64,000 bases of DNA from assembly GCA_963793265.1 (NCBI GenBank), contig CAWBZI010000005.1:1-64000 (forward strand), read 5' to 3'. This document shows positions 18,308 to 29,394 of the stretch, piece after piece. The DNA comes from an uncultured cyanobacterium. Lineage in GTDB: Bacteria; Cyanobacteriota; Cyanobacteriia; Phormidesmidales; Phormidesmidaceae. Positions within the stretch are counted from its first letter, which is position 1. Each line of letters starts with the position of its first letter. Under the pieces are notes generated by a model, which worked only from the letters and a program-made list of their open reading frames with translations, was not told the DNA's origin and ran no database searches. Made by a program: the position numbers and the translations under genes.

Positions 18308-19393
18308 CTAGCTCACAAGCCGCCTTAGGGGTCGCCATTGCATCATCAGCGCGGTCATAGTTAGCGATGCTAAATAAACCGCAATGGGTGTGCCCAGTTC
18401 CCACAGCACGTTGTCATAGCGGTAGTTGAGCGGCTGGATGATATCGATGAAAGCGTAGTGAATCAGAAAAACACCCAAGGTACAGCGACTCCAGTGCAAA
18501 ATCGGCCAGTTTTCGCCCCAGTGAGGCTTTGCCAACGCTAATAGCAGTATGCCAGCGCCAAATCCGATCGTTCCAAGGAGATAGTCAAACGGCTCAAAAG
18601 GGAGCCTAGCTACACTATTGACGACTTTGGTTTCGACAATTTGCAAGCTGAGACAGACCAGGGCGATCGCAGCCGCCCACTTCGCGTCCACATGCCATTT
18701 TCCTTCACGCCGATTCACTGAGAGCAGCCAGCCGAACGTAACGCACGGCACACTCAAAAACGGGCCGTTGCGCGTGTTAAAGATAAAGTCTGCGTTGCTG
18801 TTGTCTGACCAGAGTAGGCTGTAGCTACCGTATGTAAGGCCGATAATGTATAGAGCGATCGCGCCATAAGACAAATACTTTTGCCAGCCGTTTGCCACAC
18901 TCACCGCAACAATCGCTAACCCTAGCACCAGCGATGGTAAGAACCACAGCACTTCCTGCGTTCCCTGAAACGGCACATCAAGCCCGCGTTCAGAGAAATA
19001 CCGCACGTGCCGCAGCACTAGCTCCGGCCAGCTCTGCGTCGGCCAGTCGCTGATGAACTTAAACGGCACCAATAAGTAGAACACGCACCACACAAAATAG
19101 AGGCTGAGCAGCCGCCGAGCCGACCGCCAAAAGGTCGCCGTTACTGCTTTTGTCAGGCCAACTTTTTCAGCGAATAGGTAGCCCGACACCATAAAGAAAT
19201 AAGGCACCGCGAACCGGCAGCACGAATTGACTAATCCAGCTATTTTGTGTGTGGTCGTTGGGAAGGTCGCAAACCCGAACGGCTGACTATGGATAATCAC
19301 GATCGCCAGCATCGCAAAGATTCTAAAAAGCTCGATGCTAGCAATTCTAGGTCTGATCGCCTTCTGCGACGGTAGCGGACTGTTAGCTTTCAT
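18308..19393 (-). CDS. Acyltransferase 3 family membrane protein
   Basis: RIASIELFRIFAMLAIVIIHS, RFAVPYFFMVSGY, LWFLP, LGVFLIH. Confidence 0.87.
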   Translation of the reverse strand: MKANSPLPSQKAIRPRIASIELFRIFAMLAIVIIHSQPFGFATFPTTTHKIAGLVNSCCRFAVPYFFMVSGYLFAEKVGLTKAVTATFWRSARRLLSLYFVWCVFYLLVPFKFISDWPTQSWPELVLRHVRYFSERGLDVPFQGTQEVLWFLPSLVLGLAIVAVSVANGWQKYLSYGAIALYIIGLTYGSYSLLWSDNSNADFIFNTRNGPFLSVPCVTFGWLLSVNRREGKWHVDAKWAAAIALVCLSLQIVETKVVNSVARLPFEPFDYLLGTIGFGAGILLLALAKPHWGENWPILHWSRCTLGVFLIHYAFIDIIQPLNYRYDNVLWELGTPIAVYLASLTMTALMMQWRPLRRLVS

Positions 19394-19471
19394 AGTGTTG
19401 ATAGCGCAGAATTGAGAACGACTTTACCAGGCAAACAACTCAGCAGAAGCTTTAACCAAAGCCACTCCACT

Positions 19472-19507
19472 AAAAAAGCCGCCTCCAATATAATCGGAGG
19501 CGGCTTT
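19472..19507 (-). terminator. Rho-independent terminator downstream of ftsH
   Basis: AAAGCCGCCTCC-9nt-GGAGGCGGCTTT with an A-run at 19472-19477. Confidence 0.8.
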
Positions 19508-19591
19508 CAAGCGCTGTATTAGAGTTGCATCGGTCTGCTTACTTTTGAGGGGCTAACTTAGCAGCGAACTAGATGCCCTCAAAGGTAGCCA

Positions 19592-21433
19592 CTATGCAAT
19601 GCTGGCCATTTTTACGTCGTTGGTAGCCAGCAAGTTCTGAAGCTCTTCAGAGTCAACAGTCTCCTTTTCTACCAGCATGTCAGCAAGCTTTTCAAGAATG
19701 TGACGGTTCTCAACCAGCACAGTCTTACAGCGGTTGTAGGCTTGGTCTACCAGGCTACGCACTTCAGAGTCAATCGAAGCAGCCGTCTTCTCAGAGAAGT
19801 CACGTTCGCTAGCAATATCACGACCCAAGAAGGGGTTACCTTGCTGACGGCCCAAAGCAACGGGGCCGAGCTTATCGCTCATGCCGAAGCGAGTCACCAT
19901 CTGGCGAGCTACGCGAGCGACCTGCTGAAGGTCATTAGAAGCACCTGTGGTCACTTCTTCATCGCCAAAGATAATTTCTTCAGCCAAACGACCACCCAAA
20001 GCAACCGCCATCTGGTTCTGCAAATAAGAACGAGAGTACAAACCGGACTCCAAGCGCTCTTCACTTGGGGTAAACCAAGTCAGACCACCCGCGCGACCGC
20101 GAGGAATGATGCTGATTTTTTGTACGGGGTCGTAGTCAGGCATAAGCGCACCGACTAGAGCATGACCGGCTTCGTGGTAAGCCACCAGCGTCTTACGCTT
20201 TTCGCTCATCACGCGGTCTTTTTTCTCTGGGCCTGCGAGCACTCTATCAATCGCGTCGTTGACTTCATCCATGGCGATTTCAGTCAAATTGCGACGAGCC
20301 GCCAAAATAGCCGCTTCATTTAGCAAGTTAGACAAATCTGCACCCGTAAAGCCAGGTGTACGGCGCGCAATCTTCTCAAGATCTACGTCTTTAGAGAAGG
20401 TCTTACCGCGAGAGTGAACGTTCAGAATTTCCAAACGACCTGCATAGTCAGGACGATCTACCACGACCTGACGGTCAAAGCGACCGGGGCGAAGTAGAGC
20501 CGCATCCAACACATCAGGGCGGTTAGTGGCCGCGATGATGATGATGCCTGTATTGCCTTCAAAGCCGTCCATCTCAGTCAAGAGCTGGTTGAGCGTTTGC
20601 TCGCGCTCGTCGTTACCGCCGCCAAGACCGGCACCACGCTGACGACCTACGGCGTCAATCTCGTCGATAAATACGATACAAGGGGCGTTTGTTTTGGCTT
20701 GCTCAAACAGGTCGCGGACACGGGAAGCACCCACACCGACGAACATTTCAACAAACTCAGAACCGGAGATAGAGAAGAAGGGTACGCCTGCTTCACCTGC
20801 TACGGCCTTAGCCAAAAGCGTTTTACCCGTACCAGGAGGGCCAACGAGCAGCACACCTTTAGGAATTTTTGCGCCAATCGCCGTGAAGCGATCCGCGTTC
20901 TTCAAAAAGTCTACGACTTCAGCTAGCTCTAGCTTGGCCTGGTCAATACCGGCGACATCGCCAAAAGTCACCTGCGTTTGAGGCTCCATTTGTACGCGCG
21001 CTTTGGACTTGCCAAAGTTCATGGCCTGAGAGCCGGGGCCGTTGGAAGCACGGCGGAAGAGGAAGAAGAGGGCAACGAGCAGCAGGACTGGAATCACCAG
21101 GGCGCTGAATACTTTGACCAGGGCGCTTTCGTCTTGAGTAGGCTGCACGTTGATGTCAACGTTGTTGCGAGCCAGAATGTTGACCAGTTCAGGGTCTTGA
21201 GGAAGGTTGACGACCACTCTGCCGACGCCATCGGGAGAAGCGTATCGGGCCTGAGTTTTGTCAGAGCTGAGTACCACATTCTCAATGCGGTTGTTCTCAA
21301 CTTGATTAATGAATTCGCTATAGCGTATAGATTGGGTTTCTACACGGGGTTGGTCGAAAAATGCAGTTGCCAATGCGATGACAACGACGACGAGTAGAAC
21401 GTAAAGACCGGCGTTTCTCCAGCGCTTGTTCAA
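19592..21433 (-). CDS. ftsH: ATP-dependent zinc metalloprotease FtsH (FtsH3-type)
   Basis: [12 protein letters not shown]-terminus, [22 protein letters not shown] start preceded by AGGAGG. Confidence 0.96.
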   Translation of the reverse strand: MNKRWRNAGLYVLLVVVVIALATAFFDQPRVETQSIRYSEFINQVENNRIENVVLSSDKTQARYASPDGVGRVVVNLPQDPELVNILARNNVDINVQPTQDESALVKVFSALVIPVLLLVALFFLFRRASNGPGSQAMNFGKSKARVQMEPQTQVTFGDVAGIDQAKLELAEVVDFLKNADRFTAIGAKIPKGVLLVGPPGTGKTLLAKAVAGEAGVPFFSISGSEFVEMFVGVGASRVRDLFEQAKTNAPCIVFIDEIDAVGRQRGAGLGGGNDEREQTLNQLLTEMDGFEGNTGIIIIAATNRPDVLDAALLRPGRFDRQVVVDRPDYAGRLEILNVHSRGKTFSKDVDLEKIARRTPGFTGADLSNLLNEAAILAARRNLTEIAMDEVNDAIDRVLAGPEKKDRVMSEKRKTLVAYHEAGHALVGALMPDYDPVQKISIIPRGRAGGLTWFTPSEERLESGLYSRSYLQNQMAVALGGRLAEEIIFGDEEVTTGASNDLQQVARVARQMVTRFGMSDKLGPVALGRQQGNPFLGRDIASERDFSEKTAASIDSEVRSLVDQAYNRCKTVLVENRHILEKLADMLVEKETVDSEELQNLLATNDVKMASIA

Positions 21434-21570
21434 GGGGGGAAGCCTCCTGTGAAATGGAATTTTGGTGAGATTGAGCTGACGCTTTCTTTAAGGTTAAAGC
21501 TTAAATACTGTCAGTGTTTTTCCTTGTTATTAACTTATGTTAACTCATTTTCTCAGGATCACCGCAGCCG

Positions 21571-22379
21571 TTAATAACTGCGCTCAACTAAAGTGCGCAA
21601 TTGATGCTGTAGTGCGCTGATGCTTTTGTGGTGGGGGTCATACTTCAGTGTAGTGGCCCCGTTGAGGATTGTGTGAACGGGTAGAAGCTGTACGGCGCAA
21701 TTACTGTAGGCGATCGCCTCAAACTTCACAATCCGCTCAGGGCTCCACGGTTCAGGGCTAACAAACTGCCCCGACTGACCCAACATCTGCTGTAATCGAT
21801 TGCGCATTATGCCAGGTAAACAATGGCTGTGCATCGGTGAAAACCACTGTCCGTCTGCCCATCCCCATAAATTTCCGGTGGATGTTTCAAGCCATTCACC
21901 CTGCGGGCTAGTCAAGATGGCTTCGTGAGCGCCGTGAGTTTGAGCCTGTTGCCTTGCAAGCCAGCAGGCCAGGTAGTTGCCCGTTTTATGAGTGGGTAAG
22001 GAACGGGTATATTCGGCAGGAGCTAGCCAGCAGGTGACGCCCGTTTGCTGATTTTTAGCCAGGTTGGGGGAAGCGATCGCCCCGTAATCCATTCCGTGCC
22101 ATCTGGGAAAATTGTGATGCGTAAAATGGGATGGTGACTAGCAAGCAGCTCGCAGCCGATGCGAATATTTGTCCAGTTGGGGAGTGTCCAGCCGAATTCG
22201 GTGAGGGAATGGGTGAGGCGATCGCAATGCGCCTGCCACTGAGTTAATGGATGGCTAAGGCTTTGCTCATAAACTCTTAGCGTCGTAAAGACGGTAGCGC
22301 CAAAACGCAAGCCCTCGTTGTCAACAAAGGAGGGGCGATCGCCGTTTTCAAAGCGTTTGCCGCCGTACCAAAAAGTCAC
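21571..22379 (-). CDS. Aminotransferase class IV (aminodeoxychorismate lyase-like), split by a 1-nt frameshift
   Basis: N-half GLRFGATVFTTLR...HCDRL and C-half HKTGNYL...LETSTGNLW...LPGIMR join if one base is added to the G5 run at 22066-22070. Confidence 0.82.
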
Positions 22380-22412
22380 ACCGATACCTACCCCCGTTCA
22401 AAAGCATCCTCG

Positions 22413-23987
22413 TCATCGAGCTAATTGCAGTTGCAATAGCTGATCTGTATCCGGTACAGGATTTAGCCTATATCCCTGCTCTATCACATCTGCTTGCAGC
22501 TCGTCAGAAGCCTGATACAGAAAAATCGTACGACCTGCGGCGTCGGTCAAAACAGGTCGCTGAGGCCGTAAGGTAACCTGCATTTGCGTATCGGCTTTTA
22601 ATAAATGAGCTAAAGACAGCAGTGACGTTGCCCCTCTGTAATCAGACAGCAGCCGAGGCTCAGACGCACTGTTGATGGCGGCAGCTACTTGCACAAGCGG
22701 CTCCGTCTGAACAAACGTCGCCTTCGCAATGCTTTGAGATAAATTTCCACCGATGAGAAGGGCTACGACCGATCCTTGAATGATGAGTGCTGTCTTCTGA
22801 CGCTCTGCTTTGGTAAGTAGCCAAACGATGCCAAAGGCCACCGCGATTGCGATCGCAACCAAAGAAGGAGCCATGTAGCGAAAAATAGTAGACCGTCTAC
22901 CGCCTAAAATCACATCGGCAAGCATCAAGGGCACAAACGTCATGCCGCTAGCGATTAGCACAAAAGCCCATACCGATTTGGGGGTTTGACGAGTGAGCCG
23001 CCACATAGACCAGGCGATCAGGGCGATCGCGAAAAGCCCCACCAGACTTCGCATAACGAGTGAGGTAGAAAGGGCTTCAGGATTGAGAAAGATCAGGGCA
23101 GCGTGATTCAACCACAGATAAAGGGAGGAGTTTGAGCCTATTAGTGGCAGCTCGCCCTCTGTCCAGCGGGTTTGGTGATAAAGCTCACTCATGCGACTGC
23201 CGACGAACAATAGCCAGGGCAAAATAGCGAGTCCGGCGATCACGCTAACAAACACATAGGTTTTAAGCGGGCGTGTCCATTTGAAATCGTTCACGATCAG
23301 CGCATACAGGCTGTAGCCCGCCAGCACTAGCACAGAAAACCAGTGGGTATACAGGCACAGCACCGCCATCAGCCCATATAGTATCCAGTCAGCTCGGCGG
23401 TTGTGACGCAGGGCTCTGACTAAGAAGATGCCGCCCGTTGCCGCGAGCACAGACCATAGGCTATACATTCGCGCCTCGCCCGCTAGCTGCATTTGATAGG
23501 GAGAAACGGCAGTAATCGCAACGGTTAGCCAGGCAATTGAGTGGCGAGCAGGCGATCGCTCAAACAGCGTCATCGCCAGCCCATAGGCCACCGGCAGCAG
23601 CAACAAACTTACCGCCGCCGAAAAGCTACGCATCGCCGCTATCGAGGTGCCAAACCGCCCAGCCCACAGCCTCAGCAGCACAAAATAGCCCGGTGGATGC
23701 ACATCATCCGCCAGGCTTGCGATCGTATCTATCATGCGCTTATCGGGCGTTATCGACTGAAACCGCAGCAGCTCGGCAGGATATATCACCTGCCCCTGAA
23801 ACCCCTCCTCAGCAAGCTCTTGCCGCAGATAGCCCGCAACTCTCAATGACGAAAAAACCTCGTCTTGCCAGTAGAAGTTGGCATCCAGGTCATAAAACCG
23901 TAGAGCGCAGCCCCAGATAATTGCGATCGCCAAAACGACCGGCATCCACCAGGCTTGCTGCTTGCCACTGAGACACATTGAAGTCAC
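22413..23987 (-). CDS. GT-C glycosyltransferase (family 39/PMT-like)
   Basis: YWQDE, DVHPPGYFVLL, EARMYSL, LYTH; multi-TM. Confidence 0.85.
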   Translation of the reverse strand: MTSMCLSGKQQAWWMPVVLAIAIIWGCALRFYDLDANFYWQDEVFSSLRVAGYLRQELAEEGFQGQVIYPAELLRFQSITPDKRMIDTIASLADDVHPPGYFVLLRLWAGRFGTSIAAMRSFSAAVSLLLLPVAYGLAMTLFERSPARHSIAWLTVAITAVSPYQMQLAGEARMYSLWSVLAATGGIFLVRALRHNRRADWILYGLMAVLCLYTHWFSVLVLAGYSLYALIVNDFKWTRPLKTYVFVSVIAGLAILPWLLFVGSRMSELYHQTRWTEGELPLIGSNSSLYLWLNHAALIFLNPEALSTSLVMRSLVGLFAIALIAWSMWRLTRQTPKSVWAFVLIASGMTFVPLMLADVILGGRRSTIFRYMAPSLVAIAIAVAFGIVWLLTKAERQKTALIIQGSVVALLIGGNLSQSIAKATFVQTEPLVQVAAAINSASEPRLLSDYRGATSLLSLAHLLKADTQMQVTLRPQRPVLTDAAGRTIFLYQASDELQADVIEQGYRLNPVPDTDQLLQLQLAR

Positions 23988-23990
23988 CCA

Positions 23991-25655
23991 TCATAACGAC
24001 TGGCTAGAGCGCTCAAATGCCGCACAAGATCCATCTGAGGTCACCTGCAAACCCACCAGCGGAGAGTCAGGATTACGGCATCTTTGCCCTCGCAGATGGC
24101 GGCAATAGTAGCAGGTTGGAGCAGGCACATCAGAGGCCCGAGGCACCACCTGCATCAGTTCTTTTGAGTCAAGACCGCGAATTACGAGCTGTTCGCCCTG
24201 CCAGGTCGCCTCCACAATGCCAGTATCTGCAAGCTGTGTCCAGCGAGGATCGCTCTTCAGGCTGTTTGGCAGCATTAACATCACCTGTTCAGCGCTCATA
24301 TCTACCTCTCCTTCATACAGCGTGCGTTGAGGGGGTGCAGGCTGCCAAAAAGAGTCTGCTAATGGCAAATCGATTACCTGAGCCGCCTTGGGTAAATGGA
24401 GCTGATAGCGGCTTTGCAAATCATCCAAGCTCGCCAGATTGCTTAGCTGCCGAGAACGACCGTGCACAAAGATGACGTGCTGTGGCCGTAAGTTGTGAAT
24501 AAGCTGAGTCGTGCCACCGCCGTCAGAATGGCTTGTCAGCATGTAGTGCTCTACTTCAGCGGTGCCCGTCGCCGTTTGGGCCTGCATAGCTTCTAGCCAG
24601 TCAAAGTGATAGGGCGAATCTCTATGATTAGCCTGATCTTGACTGCTAATTTGCCCTTGCCATAGGTCAATGTCATCTGCTGATGGCACAAATACCGTCC
24701 AGTCAGAGGGATCGTCCTGGCAGTAGAGGCTGGGGTGTGTGGCGGGGTGAACAATGAAGATAGCCGGGTCGGAGCCTAACGCAGGCTGAGAGGAGAAGCG
24801 CCGAGGCACCAGCCGCCGAACCTTAGGCAAAACGCGCTCGTCCCAAAAGAGCGGCTGATGCTGAGCAAAATTTTGAACGGTAGCAGGTAGTGCTGACAAG
24901 CAGCCCAAATAGGCATCGCAGCCTTCCGCAATAAGAGGATCGACCCAAACATCTATAGGTTGACCTGTGAAATGATGATGGCTGCGCACTAGCATCAGCA
25001 GCTCTTGGCCCAAGCCCAACAAAGGACTCGGCAGTACTGCTCGCCCGTGATTAGCCAGCGCCTCACTCAAGCGCTCTACTAGATAGTTCTCTTGCTGCTT
25101 GCGGTGCGGGTGGCGCTCGGTGCCGTAGCTGCCTTCAACAATCAGAACATCGGGCTTGAGGTTGCGCAATTCTGAGAGGGGTAGGCCATCAACCAGGCGT
25201 CCGTTTGATAAAAAGCAGTCGCCGCTGTAGAAGATGCTATAGGTGCGTTGCGGCGTTTTGTAGGTGATAAGAAAGCAGGCAGCACCGGGCAGATGGCCCG
25301 CGGGCCATAGCTGTACGGAGAGGCCAGGGGCGAGTTCTACGGGCGATCGCCAGGGCAATGACCGACAAAAAGCCGCGTCTTCCTGCTCCGGCCAGTTAAT
25401 CGGCAGCAGTCTGGCTGTGACATCGCTGCCAAAAATTGGCAGGTGGGGAAACGCTCGGTGTAGCGGCAGCAGCCCCCGGCAGTGGTCGGTATGCGCGTGG
25501 CTACAAAATACGAAATCAGCCGCTTCTTCAGTCAGCGAGCTAATATCAGCCAGGCCACAATCAAGCAAAATAGAGTAGGGGCCAATCTGAACGCTCAGAC
25601 AGACCCCTTCATCTTCGTAGCCAATACTATGTGGCAGACAGGAAAGCTCAGACAC
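23991..25655 (-). CDS. MBL-fold beta-CASP metallo-hydrolase (probable RNase)
   Basis: LDCG, SHAHTDH, AGHLPGA, YSGD, EGSYG, HSD, VHG; Cys-rich C-terminus. Confidence 0.85.
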   Translation of the reverse strand: MSELSCLPHSIGYEDEGVCLSVQIGPYSILLDCGLADISSLTEEAADFVFCSHAHTDHCRGLLPLHRAFPHLPIFGSDVTARLLPINWPEQEDAAFCRSLPWRSPVELAPGLSVQLWPAGHLPGAACFLITYKTPQRTYSIFYSGDCFLSNGRLVDGLPLSELRNLKPDVLIVEGSYGTERHPHRKQQENYLVERLSEALANHGRAVLPSPLLGLGQELLMLVRSHHHFTGQPIDVWVDPLIAEGCDAYLGCLSALPATVQNFAQHQPLFWDERVLPKVRRLVPRRFSSQPALGSDPAIFIVHPATHPSLYCQDDPSDWTVFVPSADDIDLWQGQISSQDQANHRDSPYHFDWLEAMQAQTATGTAEVEHYMLTSHSDGGGTTQLIHNLRPQHVIFVHGRSRQLSNLASLDDLQSRYQLHLPKAAQVIDLPLADSFWQPAPPQRTLYEGEVDMSAEQVMLMLPNSLKSDPRWTQLADTGIVEATWQGEQLVIRGLDSKELMQVVPRASDVPAPTCYYCRHLRGQRCRNPDSPLVGLQVTSDGSCAAFERSSQSL

Positions 25656-25998
25656 GGATAGTCATGAAAAAAGAGCGCTGCGATCGCCACTTAAAAAGCG
25701 AGTAAGCAGCAGGATAAGTCAGGCAAAGCCTACAAAAGCGGTTATTTAATGCGCTGAACCGTTGCCATGGTAGTTTTCAGAGTCGTAGAAGCCATTACGA
25801 GTTCCAAAAAATAGGCAGCAGGCCGCAAATAGGCCAGTCATTAGGAAGAGAACGAGCTTGATATCCATATAGCAATAAAAAAGTGGTGAACGCCTTCAAA
25901 TATAGAGACGTAACGAACAAAAGAAAACGGCACCGTGATAGATGCACGTTCAATAGCGTGATCCTAGCAACTCCATTTAAGCGAGGTGTCAATTCTTA

Positions 25999-26589
25999 AT
26001 GGTTTATGACAAATGTATCGAAGCTGATTGGTGCGATCGCCCCTCTCTCCAAGTCGCCCCCGACCTCATCGGCTGCACGCTCATCAGACAGCTCCCCAAC
26101 GGCCCTCTGATCCGCGCCACCATTGTAGAAACCGAAGCCTACGCCCCCGAAGATCCAGCCTGCCATGCCTTCCGAGGGCCCACCAAACGCAACGCGGCGA
26201 TGTTTGGCCCGCCAGGCCATAGCTACGTCTATCTTATTTATGGCATGTATCACTGCCTTAATGTCGTCACCGAAAAGCCCGGCATTGGTAGCGCTGTCCT
26301 CATTCGGGCCTTAGCGCTAAAGAGTATTCCACCCGGATTAGACGAAAAACAAACTAAAAAGCCCCACCGCATAGCGGCAGGGCCTGGAAAATTATGTCGC
26401 GCGCTAGAAATTGATCGTGCGCTTGATGGCGTACTCTACCATCCTGATAGCGGGCTCTGGCTAGAACATAGGGCCAATCCGATCCCGGCTGAAAGCATTG
26501 TTCAAACAACTCGCATCGGGATCACTAAAGCTGCTGAAGAACCCTGGCGCTGGTATCTAAAAGACAACCCATCGGTTTCTAAAAAATAG
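25999..26589 (+). CDS. mpg: 3-methyladenine DNA glycosylase (MPG/AAG family)
   Basis: IVETEAY, YVYLIYGMYHCLNVV, AVLIRA, GPGKLC, RIGI. Confidence 0.93.
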   Translation: MVYDKCIEADWCDRPSLQVAPDLIGCTLIRQLPNGPLIRATIVETEAYAPEDPACHAFRGPTKRNAAMFGPPGHSYVYLIYGMYHCLNVVTEKPGIGSAVLIRALALKSIPPGLDEKQTKKPHRIAAGPGKLCRALEIDRALDGVLYHPDSGLWLEHRANPIPAESIVQTTRIGITKAAEEPWRWYLKDNPSVSKK

Positions 26590-26612
26590 CAGACGCGCTA
26601 GTAGGTAAAGAT

Positions 26613-27269
26613 CTAAAGGTATAGCTCCTGGCCTTTGTTCGTGAACTTAACCGCCGTCACATCCCAATCAGCATTATTAAGCAGCGTTTCTTCAATGCTG
26701 CCAAAGAGCGCTCTTTGCTCACAGCTAGAGAGCGAGACAAACTTGCGCTGGGAGCTAGGGGCAAGCTGCATATCCACTGTAGCTGTTGTACCGTTGATAC
26801 TAACTTGATAGCCATCTAGCTTAAAGGCATTGTAGTCTACCGCATTCATTGCCTGACCCACCGCTTCGGTGATGGCCTCATCGCCGGGTACCTGAATCGA
26901 CTGCTCAACGAAGTCATTGCACTGGTCATCGATGGTGTACACCGATACCGTCACCATTTCACTAGAAGCACCAGGCTGCTTGTTTTCATCAACCGCGCTA
27001 TCGGGCTGAGCAGTAGCAGGCGGCGCTTTGTCAGCAGGCTCTTCGACAACAGGCGGCTTTGTTTGCTTCGGTAATTCTGTCGCTGGATCGGGAGAGGGCT
27101 CTACGACCACCGTATCGGGCGCAGACGCACAGCCGCCAGCCACCAAACTAAGCGTCAGGGCTAAACCTGCCAAAGACGACCTTCTTACCTGGCGCGGGGC
27201 GATCCCTGAAAAGCACTCTGGAATATACTTTGGAAACCGAACCATCTGACGAAATACTGAGTACAGCAC
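26613..27269 (-). CDS. Lipoprotein with GerMN-like domain
   Basis: Lipobox-like VAGGC; TATVDM, SLSSCEQRALFGSIEETL. Confidence 0.65.
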   Translation of the reverse strand: MLYSVFRQMVRFPKYIPECFSGIAPRQVRRSSLAGLALTLSLVAGGCASAPDTVVVEPSPDPATELPKQTKPPVVEEPADKAPPATAQPDSAVDENKQPGASSEMVTVSVYTIDDQCNDFVEQSIQVPGDEAITEAVGQAMNAVDYNAFKLDGYQVSINGTTATVDMQLAPSSQRKFVSLSSCEQRALFGSIEETLLNNADWDVTAVKFTNKGQELYL

Positions 27270-27344
27270 TATATAAAAGATATCCTTATCCTACAAAATG
27301 GATGACCGACCTGTCGCGATTATGTGCCAATTTGCAAAGCCTCT

Positions 27345-28379
27345 ATGACTAACTTTCCCTGGAATCGGCACCATATCATCTCCCTGGCCGACTTTACACC
27401 GTCTGAATACGAGAGTGTTCTGCAAACCGCAGTGAGTTTTCAGGGGGTGCTGTCGCGGCGAACCAAAAAAGTGCCGACGCTTCAAGGGCAGGTCGTGGCC
27501 AACCTTTTTTTTGAGCCCTCTACGCGCACAAGAAGCAGCTTTGAGCTAGCCGCTAAGCGGCTATCGGCTGACACGCTCAATTTTTCACCGGGCAGCTCGT
27601 CGCTAACCAAGGGCGAAACTATTTTGGATACGGCCAAGACCTATCTGGCGATGGGCACCGATTTGATGGTGATTCGGCATCAGGGCTCGGGCGTACCGGC
27701 TACGATTGCACAAGAAATGGACAGATTGGGCTCGGGTGTGGGCGTGCTAAACGCAGGTGATGGCCAGCACGAGCACCCGTCACAGGCCCTTCTCGATCTG
27801 CTTACGATGTGCAATGCGCTCAATCCGGATCAGCCCACGATTGAGGACTTGAAAGGGAAGAAAGTGGCGATTGTCGGCGATATTTTGCACTCCAGGGTTG
27901 CGCGCTCTAACCTGTGGAGCCTGACGGCCTGTGGCGCTGAGGTGCATTTGGCTGCGCCACCGACGCTATTGCCGAAGGCTTTTGCAGCGGCGTTTTCGGA
28001 GCCGCTAGAAGTTGTTGATACCACCGGAAACACCCAGATATTAGCGCGTAAGGTGGTCGTGCACTGGCAGCTAACGTCGGCTTTGAAGGATGCTGATTTT
28101 GTGATGGCGCTGCGGCTGCAAAAGGAACGCATGAGCGAGCATTTGCTGCCGAGTTTGCGCGAGTATCATCAGCGGTTTGGGATTACGCGCGATCGCCTCA
28201 AGCATTGCTCACCCCAAGTCAAAATCCTGCATCCTGGCCCCACCAACCGAGGTGTGGAGATCACCTCAGATCTGATGGACGATCCAAAGCTAAGCCTGGT
28301 GTCCAAACAGGTCGCCAGCGGTGTCGCCGTTCGGATGGCGCTGCTGTACTTGATGGGTGGGGCCAAAAGCGGAAGTTGA
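27345..28379 (+). CDS. pyrB: Aspartate carbamoyltransferase catalytic subunit
   Basis: [41 protein letters not shown]. Confidence 0.96.
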   Translation: MTNFPWNRHHIISLADFTPSEYESVLQTAVSFQGVLSRRTKKVPTLQGQVVANLFFEPSTRTRSSFELAAKRLSADTLNFSPGSSSLTKGETILDTAKTYLAMGTDLMVIRHQGSGVPATIAQEMDRLGSGVGVLNAGDGQHEHPSQALLDLLTMCNALNPDQPTIEDLKGKKVAIVGDILHSRVARSNLWSLTACGAEVHLAAPPTLLPKAFAAAFSEPLEVVDTTGNTQILARKVVVHWQLTSALKDADFVMALRLQKERMSEHLLPSLREYHQRFGITRDRLKHCSPQVKILHPGPTNRGVEITSDLMDDPKLSLVSKQVASGVAVRMALLYLMGGAKSGS

Positions 28380-28391
28380 GTTCAGCGGCAG

Positions 28392-29087
28392 TTATGGGGC
28401 CGCGTCTTCTACTTCCAAACTGGCGAAAGACGTGTGCAGGCGCAGGATGTTCTCTTCGGCAGCGTCATTGTCAGGTGCATAGCGGCTAAAGAGAAGAATG
28501 GTTTCGTCGCCGTAGTCTATAAAAGTAGCGATCGCACTGCTCAAAGTACCGGGCCGCTCAGAGAGCCAAATTACCAGCGACGAGCGGTCATCAATCGTCG
28601 CCGTTTTGTAGCGGCCTACCGCCGCTCCTTCTTCAATAAAGCTGTCGATATTCGCATCGACCACCGGCCCAGGGGAGGCCGCAATTCTCACGACTTGAGT
28701 GGCGACCAGAGCGGCTTCGTCGGTCGTGACATTGGCAATCATCACCCCGTTCTCAATCGTCTCTACCTGCCAGTCTGCCGGAAAGTCGATAGACATCGCT
28801 TCGTCAGAGTAGTTAGTCGTAGTACCTTCAGCCGCAGGTGAAACTAACACCTCTGTTTCCAGCTCAGATTCCGCTTCAAGCTCAGACTCTATTTCAGCCT
28901 CCAACTCCACCTCAGCATCCACGTCTGAGGAGCGAAGAGGCTGTGCGCTTGCTGGCGTAGGCGATCCTGGGGCCGGTAGTGGGTTAGCTGGGGCGACGAG
29001 GAGTTCGGGCTGTGCGATCGCCGCACCAGTTGCACCGAGGACGCTCACAAGCGCAGCCAACAGAGAAAAACGCAGATAGTTGGGCAT
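28392..29087 (-). CDS. Exported hypothetical protein (possible PsbP/DcrB-like C-terminal fold)
   Basis: Signal peptide, Glu-rich linker, SIDFPADWQV. Confidence 0.55.
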   Translation of the reverse strand: MPNYLRFSLLAALVSVLGATGAAIAQPELLVAPANPLPAPGSPTPASAQPLRSSDVDAEVELEAEIESELEAESELETEVLVSPAAEGTTTNYSDEAMSIDFPADWQVETIENGVMIANVTTDEAALVATQVVRIAASPGPVVDANIDSFIEEGAAVGRYKTATIDDRSSLVIWLSERPGTLSSAIATFIDYGDETILLFSRYAPDNDAAEENILRLHTSFASLEVEDAAP

Positions 29088-29394
29088 TTAGAAACAGGCT
29101 CCAGATTTTAGGATGATTTCAACAAGCTTGAAAGCGTTAACTGAGCGTGTCTGAAATTATACAGATCTACTTAATTCATCGTTTTTTGTAACATTTTTGT
29201 TAAGATACTTCAAAACTTGTCTATTTAGATTGTTTCGTATGACTCAGCAGTCATCAGCGCGCCCATGGGCCTCTAACGCTTCAATGGGCCCTTCAGTAGG
29301 TTGGAGTGCTCGAAAGCTGGAATAAGTCGCTCCCATCGTCACGGACTTATCAAAACACTACGGCTACAAACACCACTACTACGGAGCTTATTCC

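Noticed and set aside
29180..29210. TTTTGTAACA-TTTTTGTTAAG direct repeat (OmpR-family box?)
   Set aside because: Spacing does not fit the HLR1 consensus and the AT-rich context makes a chance match likely
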